A stretch of DNA of 64,000 bases, taken from assembly GCA_000708835.1 (NCBI GenBank), contig DF236989.1, positions 1 through 64,000 on the forward strand, written 5' to 3'. Made by a program: the position numbers and the translations under genes. The DNA is from Klebsormidium nitens. Taxonomy: Eukaryota > Plantae > Klebsormidiophyceae. This document shows, one piece after another, positions 50,782 through 62,993 of this stretch. The notes below the pieces were generated by a model. It saw only the letters and a list, made by a program, of their open reading frames with translations, was not told the DNA's origin and searched no databases. The stretch's first letter is position 1, and every line of letters begins with the position of its first letter.

Positions 50782-53700
50782 CTACGACAGCCATTTGAGC
50801 GCCATCCGCTCCTGTGGGTGGCCTTTCAGGTGGAGGCACTTCGCGAACAGGCGCTCCAGTTCCTCCTTTTGGATGGGTTTCGACAGGTACGAAACCATTC
50901 CCGCGTCCCGGCACTCCTGCTCGATGCCCGGGCCCACGTCAGCAGTCAGCGCCACGACGATGGGTCGCTCGGCCTCGCCGTACACGGACTGTAATGATTA
51001 CAGGAGAGGGATCGTCAGAGGATGAAATCGTACTTCTAAATCGCATGCTGCCAAAGTCCACCAGTATTCATTGCCAGGGCGGACGGTCTTCCCACCATTT
51101 CCTGCATAGGGGTTAGGGTCAAGTCTTACATTCTGAATGGCATCTCGCATCCATCTTATTCACACGTGCTCCACCCACGTAGCGGCGCGAAAGACACGGA
51201 AAACAGAATTACAAATACAGACAGAGCAATCCCCTCTGTACTTGGGTTTGGCTCCCCCTATTGCGGCGCGTCACCTCGATGTGAGCAGCTGCAGATCCAT
51301 AGAATGCAAAACGTTTATTTTGAAACAAAAGCTTAAACTGCGGGTAAAAGTCTCGAGTATTTCACCCTGAGCCGGCCTGTCGCCTCGAGACCAACCATCC
51401 CGGCATCGGAAGATGAAGTTTTCTACTGCCCACTTCGGGTTAAGGTTAAGACTCGGATACAGTCCCGGGATTCGGCTAGACGAATCCTGAATTGGGGCGT
51501 CGCATTCAGAATGTCCATCTCCGGCATCCCCAGAACCAAGATTAGCAAAACGGCCATGCCTAAGATCGCGGGTTAAGTTTCCGGTTAACTTGCCCCTGAT
51601 CCGGCGCGTCGCCTCGAGCCCGTCCATCTCCAGCATCTGCAGATCCATCAGCACCAGAACAGCGGCTTCCAATTCGAAAGATTAAAGTGCGGGTTAAGGC
51701 CTGGGTTTAGCGTACCCTGATCTGGCGCGTCGCCTCGAGCCCGTCCATCTCCGGCATCTGCAGATCCATCAGCACCAGATCCGCCGGCGACTCTTCCAGC
51801 AGCTTCAGTAACCGGACGCCGTTAACCGCGGTTCGGACGCCCGCGTAACCCATCGACTTGAGCAGTTTCAGCAGCACGCGCTGGTTGATGATGTTGTCCT
51901 CCGCGATGCAGATGCGCAGCGACGTGTCGCGCGGAAGATCCTCGGCGGTGACTCGTGTGCGGTGGACGTTGTTGGCGGTAATTGGGGAGATGGGCGACTC
52001 GCGCACAAGCAGCTTGAGGAGCGCCGCGTAGAAGGGGTTGATGCGCACGGGGCGGGAGAGCAGGGTTACGCGCTCCTGGGGGGAGATGATGGGAAGGGTG
52101 AGACTTAGAGTTGAAATTGCGTAGATTCAATATCGGTGATCGATTCGCCTAGTGGAAGATTCTGATGCGAAGGTTGTTGGGCGTGTTCCGCAACCGCGTC
52201 AGTGGGGTTCATGCGCATAGGGCGGAAGAGCAAGGTCACACGCTTTTGACGGGACAACACACGAGGAACTGGTTCGCATGTGACCAAGATAGAAATTCAA
52301 ACTTTGAGTTCATGATATATGTGCTCGTCCTGACTGAGACGACGATTGCGGAGTTGGGTCTTAAGGGGCAGAACAGCAGGGTCACGCGCTCCTGGGGGCC
52401 GACAAGTGAGACTCTCTCTTGGTTCGCCCGTCGAGTAACGGTATCCTCTAAGATCATGTTTCTCCTTTTCCTCTCCTCCCAGAATCGAAGGGAGAACGGC
52501 TACCTCCCTTTGGGGTTCACGGAGGACTGTTTACCAGCCTCTAGGGCAGAGACGCGCAGCAAATTACCAAAAAAACCCCCACGACGTGGTTCGAAGAAGC
52601 GCGCCCTCACGTGCTGCAAGCTTCTTGACCGAGGCCGAAAAAGAAGGAACTAGACGCGGCGAGAAAAACCCACTCACCAGCATTTTGGAGTCAAACGTGA
52701 TCTGGCCGGTGCTGTGCTTGGCCATGAGCAGCACCGTCGGGACGCGCTCCCCGCACGCGCACCCCAGCTGCATCAGCTCGATGGCTCGCTCGTGCGCCAT
52801 GACGTCATCCTCCCCGTGGGACGACGTCATTGGCGTGTCCACGATGACGACGTCGTACGCGCGCCGCGCCGGCACAGGGCTCGGCAGCGAAAACGCCCGC
52901 GAGAGCGGTTCCAGCCGGGTTCCGAGGGCGGAACTCATTCCGTCGCCGGAAAGGCGGGCGATCCCGTCGACGGACGTCCGGTGCGGCGCCACCGGCGCCG
53001 AGAGGCCCTCGGTCGCTGCCGCTTCCGTCACTTCGACCAAGTAGGTGACGTCACTCGCTGTCAGCTCGCTGTTCTCAGCCCAGGCCTCGCTGCTCTGCCG
53101 GAGCGCGCCCCCGGAAAACCAGCCCACCTTCTTGCGCAGTTGTGAGGGGGTCTCTACTACCTCGACTTCAACACCCCAGGAGTGGAGCATTGAGCCAGCC
53201 ATGCGCTGCGAAAAGGAAGGATGGGGACAAGTGTCAGCAAAAGAACCAGTCATATTTTCTTCACAAGATAATTTTGTTCCGTTCTGCGCGGCGCACCTAG
53301 CTTACCAAACTGGCAACAGTAAATTGGAAATCTACACCTAGGTCTAGCATCCTCCAGTTCTTAATGTAAGACTTCTGAGAGTAGTGAGGTCAAGCAGCAT
53401 TTTTGGTACTCGTAGCAAGCGCTCGTTGCGACGCAACGTTTTGGCGCAATAGTGAGGCGCAAGCGGACGTTCATTAAAGGGCAAAGTCACTGCAAAAGCT
53501 CCGAACAGGAACTACCGTTTCTCAAAACGACTTTCTTTGTTCCTCCCAAAATCAATCACATCCAGAAACTACAACCTCTATATGAGGATTTCTCCGTCAA
53601 AGGATGGACAGCGATTGGACTCCTCTAGTGTCTTTCCCGACAGCAAAAGAGCAGACCCAGGAAACAGTAATGCTCTTTCACAAATCGGGGCTCAGCGAGT

Positions 53701-56700
53701 TACGGTTTCCGGGCTTCACCTTGAACGCCTTGCTCGCGCCCACGAGCAGCGCGCGCTTGCCCGTGAGCGGCGTCGCGGCGCGGCCGGCCGCGCTCCCGGC
53801 AACTAGATGCGGCTCGCCGTTGGTCTCGATGAGCGAGCCGTGCACGTGGATGCTGAAGAAGAACGTGCTGCCGACGCCTTCCGTGGAGTCGACCCACATG
53901 CGGCCGCCCATTCGTTCGACCAACTCCTTGCTGATGGCCAGGCCCAGACCGGTGCCTGTGAAAAACAGTCTCACGTTTAATGATAACAGAAAGAGTCATG
54001 AAAGAAGAGGTCCTGTTAACGACATCCGGAGAATCAACCAACAACGGCCTCCCAAACTCGAACTAGTCCTTGTTGATGGCCAGGCCCAAGCCGTTGCCTG
54101 GAAGTTGGAAATGCAGATTATGAAGTCACGTTGCAAGATCCCAGTATCAGAGTATTCAAAGGGGCTAAGAGAGCCATTAAGATTTTCTGTTGTTGTTTGT
54201 GGGGAAGACCGACATGCGGCCGCTTGCCGAGCTCAATCACCTTTTCGCCAGGAAGGAGTCGAACAAATTGGATGAATTTTGTGAGCGTCCCTCTACTGAG
54301 TTGGTCCGAGTGCCACGGGCGGTAAAATGGTCTCATGCTTTGACGTTAACGCGGAGAAAGGTTCCGCCACTCTCCCTTGTAATGTCGTCCCAGAACAGGC
54401 AGAGGTAAGAGACACGAGATACCGCTTTCCTATACAAAAGACCTTCTTGCTTTCCATTCTTCGATCATCCGCTCTCCTCACACCGAAACTCACCCACCTT
54501 CATACTTCCTCGTCCGCGTATTGTCACACTGCGTAAACGCCTCGAAGAGCACATTCTGGAACGCCTTCGGGATCCCCACCCCTGTATCCCGCACCGACAC
54601 CGTGATCTCGTGCACCGGAAGCGCGTGCCCCGCGTGGGGGGGTGGCTCCCCTGCTCCAGTGAAACCCCCATTTGAAACTGCTCGCCGCCGCCCGGCACGC
54701 GCGCTCACGGTGACCTCGATCTGTCCCCCCTCCTCGGTGAACTTCGCGGCATTACTGAGGAGATTGGTGATGACTTGGCGCACTCGGACCTCGTCGGCCC
54801 AAATCCAGCTGCGGAAGATAGGGGTTTTAGAAGGATTAGGGCTTTCCTGTTCGGCTTAGGAGGTCGTAGTCACGAATCCAAGCAGCATAGTACTTATGAA
54901 GAGATGGGCGGATTTCAAAGGGGTCGAAGAGCCGGCTCAGGAGAGTTATCTACACGATTGCGTCCTATACTTGAGAACTCTCTAAACTATCTACAACGCT
55001 AAGGAATCGCGAAGAAGTCATTGTCAGGCACGGTTGCTCCTCAACGTTGTTCGAGTCTGACTCGGGCACTTTCACCACCGACGATGTATCATGGCGTCGT
55101 ATTGACTACCGAGCTTTCACAAAGCGCGTCGTTTGCACGTTACCTTCAGCCTCAAAAGCACTCGGGCTGTCCGCAAGAACGAAGAGCACACGAATAATCA
55201 ATCAACCTCCGGAGCCTCTCCAAGTTACCTCGACGCCACTCATCGGCACCCGCTGCTCTCCGAGACACCAGAAAGATACGTCGCGAGGGCACCCTAAATC
55301 AAAGGCCGCGAGGGAATCTTTCCGAAAAGTAAAAGACCGCTCCCGAAGTCTACGGCACGCTCTCGTTCATGGAGTCATATTCTTCGAAAGAAAGGAGGAT
55401 TTTGAACACGCCTTCGTCGCTCTAGTTTCATTTCCCGCTTACTCTGGCACGCTCTCGTCCAGGGAGTAGGAAAGGTCCAGCCCCTTGTTTTCGCACTTGA
55501 GCACCAGCATCTCCATGCAGAAGTCGATGCATCCCCACAGGTTAAACTCGCGCGGGGACAGGTCCATCTTGCGCGCGTCCAGCTGCGCACGAATCCAGGC
55601 GTTTGAAACTGAGTGCGCGAGCTTTGCTTTTGGAAGTTTTCTGAGAAGCTCGCGCTTTATCTGAAGCAATTCACCTTCATCGAAATTCTGGGGCGGCCGT
55701 CTGCGACTCCCTCGGCTTGAGTTCTTCGCTCAATTTTCTTTGAAGAACGGGACCCGCTCCGCGAATTCGAGAAATAGGCCGTTCTTCAAACGATCTGGAC
55801 CGGCATCCCGCCGGATGATGAACGCCGCTCATTTGGCTAGGAGATGAGCAACTTTTAGCAAAGCTGTGCTTGACAACTCGAGAATCGGTCGATTTTTTGC
55901 ATGACACTCGGACCCGATCGGGGCTGGCTACTACAAAGTTGCTGCGCGATCTTACTTTGCTGTAGTCCAGGATATCGTTGATGAGCGACAAGAGCTGCCG
56001 GCCCGACCCGTTGATCATTTGGGCGAGCTCCCGTTGCGACTCGTTCAGATCGCTTGAGTCCTGCAAATTAAGTCGTATACCGGAATCAAAACGACCGAGT
56101 CAACGCCTTCAAAGATTTTTAATGCCAAAAAGGTAAAACACTCTTGGGCATTCTGCACGGTTCTACAAAGTGGAAGCATTCTGTCTCTGAGGTGCCAAGA
56201 GCAATCTGCTGAAAACGTTTTCTTGAGCTGGCAATCCAGCCTTGCTTCTCCGGCCATGTAAACCCTCATGCACGTTCTGTCTATAGGGAAGCACCAGGCT
56301 ATCGACCGAATCCAGAAAAACAATCTTGACTGTTCTGAACGTCCTTCAAAGCTGGCGAAACATTCTCACCTGTAACAGTTGACTGCAGGCAATGATAGCG
56401 TTCATGGGCCTGCAAGCGGGATCGAGAATGCGTTTAGGAGCAATGAGCGTTACGCATAATAGGGCATCCAGCCCCGGAATGGTGTATATGGACCCAACGC
56501 GTCATGGTGAGGGAAGACGTTTTCGCTAAGCGAGTCCGTCCCTTGCAAGGGCGCGGGTTGATCATTCGGTACACGGAACCTAACGCACCCTCGAATCCCC
56601 TCGGCCGGTACACGGCCAAGGAGGCTGTCGCGGTGACCATTTCCAGATAACTTTAGGTCTGGACTGATTGCGAGGCGAACATTCCTGAACGCCAAAATCT

Positions 56701-59700
56701 GGAGTCAGAGCTGTGACGTCAGCGGCTCACGTTCTGATCTCGTGGCTGACGTTGGTGACGAAGGACCGCTTCGCTCGGATGGTCGCCTCCGCCTCCACTT
56801 CCTTGAGCCGCCGCCGCTCTAGTTCCAGCTCCTTCTCTTTGCGGACCGTACAGTCGGACAGTACGCCGAAAAAGTATCTGTAAATGGGACAAGGCAAGAG
56901 CACTTACTTGCAAACTGCGGGGAACATTCAATGACGAGGGGATGAGTCATTGCGCCAGGGATCAAAGCAGCAAGCTCTGTCGGAAGAGGATTGCTAGTAG
57001 CTACGCTCTCCATAACACCTTGAACGAACGGTACTTTTAGTCAGGGCGGCCAGTAAGCACCAATGTTGACTGTGCGCGATATTCGGTGTTTGGTTCTGCA
57101 TCGTCTCGTGGCTTGGCTTGCCGTATTGTGGTACAACTTTCAAAGCTCACCGGTGATTTGCGCCGTTTCCACCGCCAAACATCTCGCTCTTGGACTCCAC
57201 GGGCCGTATCCGCATCCAGTTCCAGAAGGGCGTCCCGTCCTTCCGGTAATGCAGCACCTCCACGGAACACTCCGTCGCCTCGTTGCACGCTCGGTCTAGT
57301 TGATCCGACATGCACTGCTCCGTCAACGGTCCCTGCACACGTGGCGGCCCCTGATGAGCCCACAAGAGCGAGCAGCTATGCTTCGACGGTGTACCCATTC
57401 TCGCAGATTAAGTCAAGCACCCTGTGAACTTCTCCATGGATGCAAATGGGAAGCGAACCTGAGGAGAAATTTGAAGTGGGCGAATAGCACCAACGAAGGA
57501 TCCTAGCAGAAGGGCCCGACTTCTCAACGACCTTCAAGCTTAAACCTCCGCCATTGACCAAGGCTTGAGTGGCGGCTTGGTCGACCGGTAAGAGAGATTC
57601 ACTTTTGACACTTTCAAAGGTTCACTCCCCACCCGCAAATCTACGAGTAGATGCTATTTGAATAGGATTTGGCGTTCACTGCGAGCCTTGCAAAACACCG
57701 GGCTGGAGGACATCGAAGGCCTGTCTCGGACGCTTTCTGGCGCCAATACGAAAATCTCTTTCCAAAAACTCGGACGCTTTCAACGCCTTCGGCCGTCCAA
57801 ATCGTGCATTTTGATGCGCCTCACCATGAGCAGACTGCTGTTGGACAGCCCAATGACTTCGTCAATCTTATACCCGGTGATCGCTTCCCACCCCTCGTTC
57901 ACAAACACGATCGGCTGCGCCGCCTCTGATGCGTCCCACAGGACCAGGCCCTCGCTGAACGCGTCTGCGGACAGGATGCGGACAGGATGAGCTCAGGTGT
58001 CAAGGGATACGGATTTTGGAGATTGTTAGTGGGTTTCCATGTGGCTCATTGATCGCTGTACTCGCGGTTCTCCTTTTAAACTTGTTCTCACACCATCAAG
58101 GTGCTTCAACCTCCCCGAATCTCAGAGCTTTGCTCTTCTTTTGGTTTACTGGTAGCCGACACAGCAGGACTTGGAAACTTTCGACCGTTTTTAGGTGGTA
58201 AAGGTTTTCCTTGTTGGGAATCCCAAGATCTTATGTCCGTGATTTTGGAAGAATTTATGGTGCTATTGACTGCAGGTCAGTGATCACAACGCGCGTTTTC
58301 ATTCAGGATGTGAAAGCTTCCAAGTAACAGGTTTGCTCAGCTAGGCTGGGGACCCGATGCATCCAGCAACATCTGAGGCGACCTAGTATAGGCTTGACAG
58401 CTTCAAGGTCGCCGAATAAGATGGATGTTCCTGCAGGTATTTGGCACGCTTGCTTGCCTATCGTGTAAAGGACTCCAAATTTCAAAGCAAACCGCCGAAG
58501 CACCAACTCTCGAATCTGAGAAAAAGAAAACTTTCGAAGCTCACCGATGGCTTGCAGAAGTCCCTTTTTGTCCTCCTCGAAGCGCTCCGCTTGGAGGCGC
58601 TGCAGCTCGAGCGCTTTTGTGTGCTTCTCGATCTCCTGAACAATGAAAAGGTTGTAGAAAACTCAGACAGAAGCTCGAAGAAAATTCGAGAACGGTAAAG
58701 GAGCGTCGATCATCTGCCCGCAAGACGTCGACAAACGAAGTCCTTGTATCGAATGTAAAGGGTTGAAGAACGATACAGCGGCAGCTGACGTTTCCGTACT
58801 TTTGTGTCGAAAACCTGTAAAGGTGCCGAGACCGGTGCGAAGAGTGGAAAGTACAATCGGAAACAAACAGAGAACGAGCAGGAAAACGACGACATTGTGG
58901 ACGAAATAGGAGAAACAAGCTCACCGAAAATAGCGAAATGTAAGCAGATGACCCGACTAGATGGAGAAAATTATCGGAAGCAATCTTAGATGAAGCTTGA
59001 TTTATACTCAGGGCGAACATCTAGTTTCAAGAAAGTTCACGATGCTGAATAGGCGTCAAAATTTCAACACATGGCACAAATGAGCGGAAAAGCTTAGCAT
59101 CGGCGATGACTTCACCATAACGACCAGCTGAGCCAGTGAGATGAGCAGATCCCTGTCTTGATCTGTGAACTCCCGCGGTTTGAAGTCGATAACGCACCTG
59201 AAAACGAGAAAGCAAACCAACCTGAGAGGCAGCACCATAAGGGACAGCGGAGTCCTGCCTGGCAAACAAAAGTTTTCGAGTTGCCAAAGAACAAACTGCC
59301 AGATTTTATCAGCGCTTTCAGGCGCCTCGGCTAGGGGCGGCTGCTGAGCGAGGTGCAGTCTGACTGGTAACAACAATCTAGCTCACTCAGTCGAGCTGTT
59401 CTCAGTTTTCGATGTGAGCACCCACCGAAGATGGACCCCTCTATGTAGAGACACGGAAACAAGTGCTCTCAGAAGAAGGCCCCTCGAACATTCAAACCAG
59501 TCAAGACCTCTGCTGTTCGCGACGGGTGCGGACAAATTAGGTTGTATAATACTTCGAGCAGGGGTGTGACCACTCACAGTGATCCAAGAATGTAACTGCC
59601 TTGCGTGACGAGGGGAGCGCCCGCATAGAAGCGAATGTGCGGTGGTCCGATCACCTGCAGAATCACAAAATCTAGGTCAGCACCTGTCCAAGATCGGAGC

Positions 59701-62700
59701 AATTGTAGCCCCGTTCGTGAGTTTACTTCCTCTCGAGCGTCTTTTCTGCGCCCCTTCTCTTCCAAGTACCTTTCCTGGAACTTGAAAATGAAACATTTCC
59801 GTTCGAATATGTGGAGCGTTGACAGCCGGCCACTGTGGGCGTCACTTGCGGAGACTGATGCGAAGTCCAGATCGCTATTCAACGCTCTCCTCAGGCCGGA
59901 CCGACATAGAAACGGCTTTGAACCGACGCTTGCTGCTGATAACAGTCCCTCTGAATACTTACCAGGTTGTTCTTGCTGAACCGGTTGTCCTTGGTTGCAT
60001 CTCTGACAATGAGGCAAGGGTCTCGCCTGCGACGGTGCGCAAAAAGAAACCGTCAGTGGGCGTTTTGGCACCTTTCCAACCCCTGGCGTAAGCTGGCTTG
60101 TGTTGGTTCTTCACGAAGGGCGATACCATTTCCAAACCTCCAGACCCGCTCGACAGGATGCGGCTTCTCCACGGCCTCAATTCAAAGTGGCGCCTCAAAA
60201 GCGAGGTATGAAGCTGATACGAAACAAGCATTCACATAGAAGAGCTTTCGGCACCTTCTGGCAGATAGCGACATGCGACGGCGGTTCAGATCACCGATGT
60301 ATCACGTGCCGATAGCTGGGACAAGCGGGTAAGAGTCGGGAAGAAGAGATTTCCGAACGGCTGTGATCCGCGGACAAGGTAAAGAAGACGAAGAAAGCAC
60401 AAGGCCGCCATTCGCACATGGCAATGCGACGGCACATGCGCAGGCGGGCTGAGATAACTGCTATATATCACGTGCCAGTTCGTACGGACCAGACGATAAG
60501 AGCTTCAAAGAAGAAGAGACCATCGAACGGCTGTCGTTTCGCGAAAGAAGGACAGGGACGAAGGAAGCAGAAGGCCGCCATTCACACATGGCGATGCGAA
60601 GGGAAGAGTGTCACGGGCGTGGCTCACGAGGGGAGGAGCGTGAAGGCGCAGAAGGAGTCCTCCCGCGACGTCGCACAGCAGCCGAGCCCGTGGTCCGACT
60701 TGAACCACTGCCGCTCCGAGTCCACCAGCGACACCAGCGCCACAGGCGTCTGGAGAGAAACTGTATGACGTCAGCATTAAGTAGCCAGGTGGATAGGTGA
60801 CGTCAGCGTCAAGCGACAAGCGGCGGAGCAGCCTCTGATGCTGACGAGAGCAGAGAGAGGCTGAGTGCCAAGGGATTGCAGGTGGCAGGATCAGTGGTAG
60901 ATGCTTTACCCCTTGGGATTTCCAAACGCAGCCAGTGCTCACAAGCATTCCACCAAGAAAAAAACTCTGCAAAGGAGAGTTGCAATTGCCCTGGCGAATT
61001 CTGTGTTTAAGCTTGCGTCTCTGTGACAATATCCTCTCTTCGAGAGTGAGGGAAACGAGAGCCGCACCTTGAAAATCATGGATGCCAAGGCAGTGAGGCG
61101 GTCGAACCTGGCCTCTGGAGCCTGTACGAATAGGGTGATGTCAATGGGAAGACTCGATTACAGACACAGCCTCATCGTCGAATCCCAAATCTTTCGCTTC
61201 CCCCAATGATCCTGCTGGCTGGTACATGTGAGCCTCTGCAACTTCCAATGCTCGTAAAGCTTGGAGCAGACAAATAGCTGCATATGATCCAGCTATACAA
61301 GCCTGAACCTGAGCTGAGAAGCCTACGCACAAACGTGACAACCAGCTGTAGCAGCTTGTGGAGATGAATATAGGTCGATTGAAATGCTGCCGACCCGGAA
61401 AGAGCGTACTTGAATTGCAACTTTGAGATTCAGGGAAACAATGTCTCAAGGTCTTGAGGTTTTGAAAGAAGCGCTCACTGTATCAAGGATGTTGTAGCTG
61501 TGTAGAACGCTCAGCCGGAAGGCTTCATCATTGGGGATGGGAGCTCCCTGGTGCAGAACAAACATCAGCTTGTCAGGATTGTTAGAATCAATCATTGGAA
61601 CCATCCGGACGATCTGTTTGTTCGTCCTCATACGTGACAGTCCTTTGTTGAAAACGTTCATGACTTCCTAAGACAGTAAAATGACCGAGCCTGCTTGTCA
61701 CTACATAGAAAACAGTCTTGGGACAAAGGCTGGTTTTGGTAAGTTTGAAGGCATGCTTATGTGCAGAGGGCTTTAGAAACTCGAAGTCCCTGGCTTGCAA
61801 GTCCTTGCCAACAGTCTGCAACATTCGAGCTATAGCAAGCACCTAGGAATGACCCTAGCACCCTAGCAAGCACCCTGTAGCAGGTGCTGCGGCATGTCAA
61901 GACTTCAAGGCCAACTGCTATACTTCGTTCGTTAATCTCCGTTCACTGCTGCGTGAGTCAGAAGAGGCAATGATTTCGACCATACAATAGTCACAGCTGC
62001 CCGGGCTATCTTGTACCAAAGCATCTCCTGCATGGAGTCATCTGCAGATCGCTTATAAAACCCTGCAGTTGCAAATCTAAGAGAGAATGACCAGAGCCAG
62101 CTATAACCATGTAACATTCACAGAAGAAGCTAGCAACGCTGACCTTAGGGCTGAAGGGTGCGTCAGGCCCTGGCCGCAGCGGGTATAGATTGTCCGGATA
62201 GACTGCGTCGTTGATCCCATCTCTGGGATCCCGCGTTTGTAACCCTGGAAGCAACTCCGCAGTTGACTCCGCTTCTTGCATCGGAACACACCCTGAGGAG
62301 TCCTGCTCCCGTGGTTGTTGCAAGCTGAAGTGGTTCTGAGAATTGTTTTCCAGTGTGGGGCCTCGGGGGAGTGGATTTGCAAGCTCTGCTTGGTGCACGA
62401 GCGGCTTCTTTGGACTCTGTAGGAGGGGCATCAGAGAGCTGCAGCTTCCCTGTCTGGACACTTTGTCAGCGGCCCCCTGCGAGAGTGAGGGCTAAGTCAA
62501 AGGGTGTCCTTCTCGTCGCTGCATATCCAGATTCTTATTGAGCAGCAAGAGCATCCTTCAATTGCTATGGATAGTGACAGCACCAGTGCACAAATCTCTT
62601 TCTGTGCACTTATTTGCAAGGTAGCTCTCTTTCCAGTCACTACTGTAACCCAGGTGCAAGCACCCTGACGCCCGTTCTGGTTTCAACCTCCAAGTAGATT

Positions 62701-62993
62701 GCCAGCTTGAATAATCAACTCTGCTCATTTCTTCAAGCAGAAGGAAATGCAAACCAGGCACCACGAGTACCCTTTCTGCATGCAGCAGCTGGGATGTAAG
62801 TGCTTACATCAGCTTGAAGCAATGAAGGGTCCATCGTGTTTGGCCTCTTGGCTTTCCCTTCCACTCCTGCCGACCGAGGCTGGTCAAGCAGATCATTGGT
62901 CAAATCTTGCCCCGCCCTCAGCTTTGCACTTTGGCCGAAAAGTCCATCCTGCATATTGTATGGCACAACTGGGATGGAAGCTGCACACCCCAT
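50782..62993 (-). CDS. Soluble hybrid histidine kinase: acylation motif, GAF, LOV-like PAS, HisKA, HATPase, pseudo-receiver, receiver; ~20 exons
   Basis: GAF: [32 protein letters not shown]...[15 protein letters not shown]...[10 protein letters not shown]...[12 protein letters not shown]: [14 protein letters not shown]...[16 protein letters not shown]-box VSHEIRTPMNAII; N-box [10 protein letters not shown]; G1 RDTGVGIP; G2 GTGLGLAI. Receiver AEDNIIN...[11 protein letters not shown]...ALTAD...YLSKPI. Start MGCAAS at 62993. Confidence 0.92.
51262..51665 (-). repeat. Three degenerate intronic copies of the 3' end of the kinase receiver exon
   Basis: Near-identical CTGGTGCTGATGGATCTGCAGATGC(C/T)GGAGATGGACGGGCTCGAGGCGACGCGCC at ~51596-51660. 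Shorter relics CTCGAGGCGAC at ~51368-51392 and ATGGATCTGCAG at ~51262-51300. Confidence 0.85.
52190..52400 (-). repeat. Two degenerate copies of the acceptor and 5' end of the kinase receiver exon
   Basis: CCCCCAG|GAGCGCGTGACCCTGCTG (ERVTLLFCP) at ~52393 and AAGCGTGTGACCTTGCTCTTCCGCCCTATGCGCATGAACCCC ([14 protein letters not shown]) at ~52246, versus the functional [14 protein letters not shown] at ~52077. Confidence 0.85.
60385..60605. repeat. ~50-bp diverged direct repeat in a kinase intron
   Basis: GACGAAG(A/G)AAGCA(C/G)AAGGCCGCCATTC(G/A)CACATGGC(A/G)ATGCGA occurs at ~60387 and ~60557. Confidence 0.75.

Noticed and set aside
56908-56914. Apparent 7-nt micro-exon TTTGCAA in the histidine kinase
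   Set aside because: It would need a 30-nt downstream intron. The upstream exon can instead extend to a better donor (CACCG|GTGAGC) that gives the correct phase directly.
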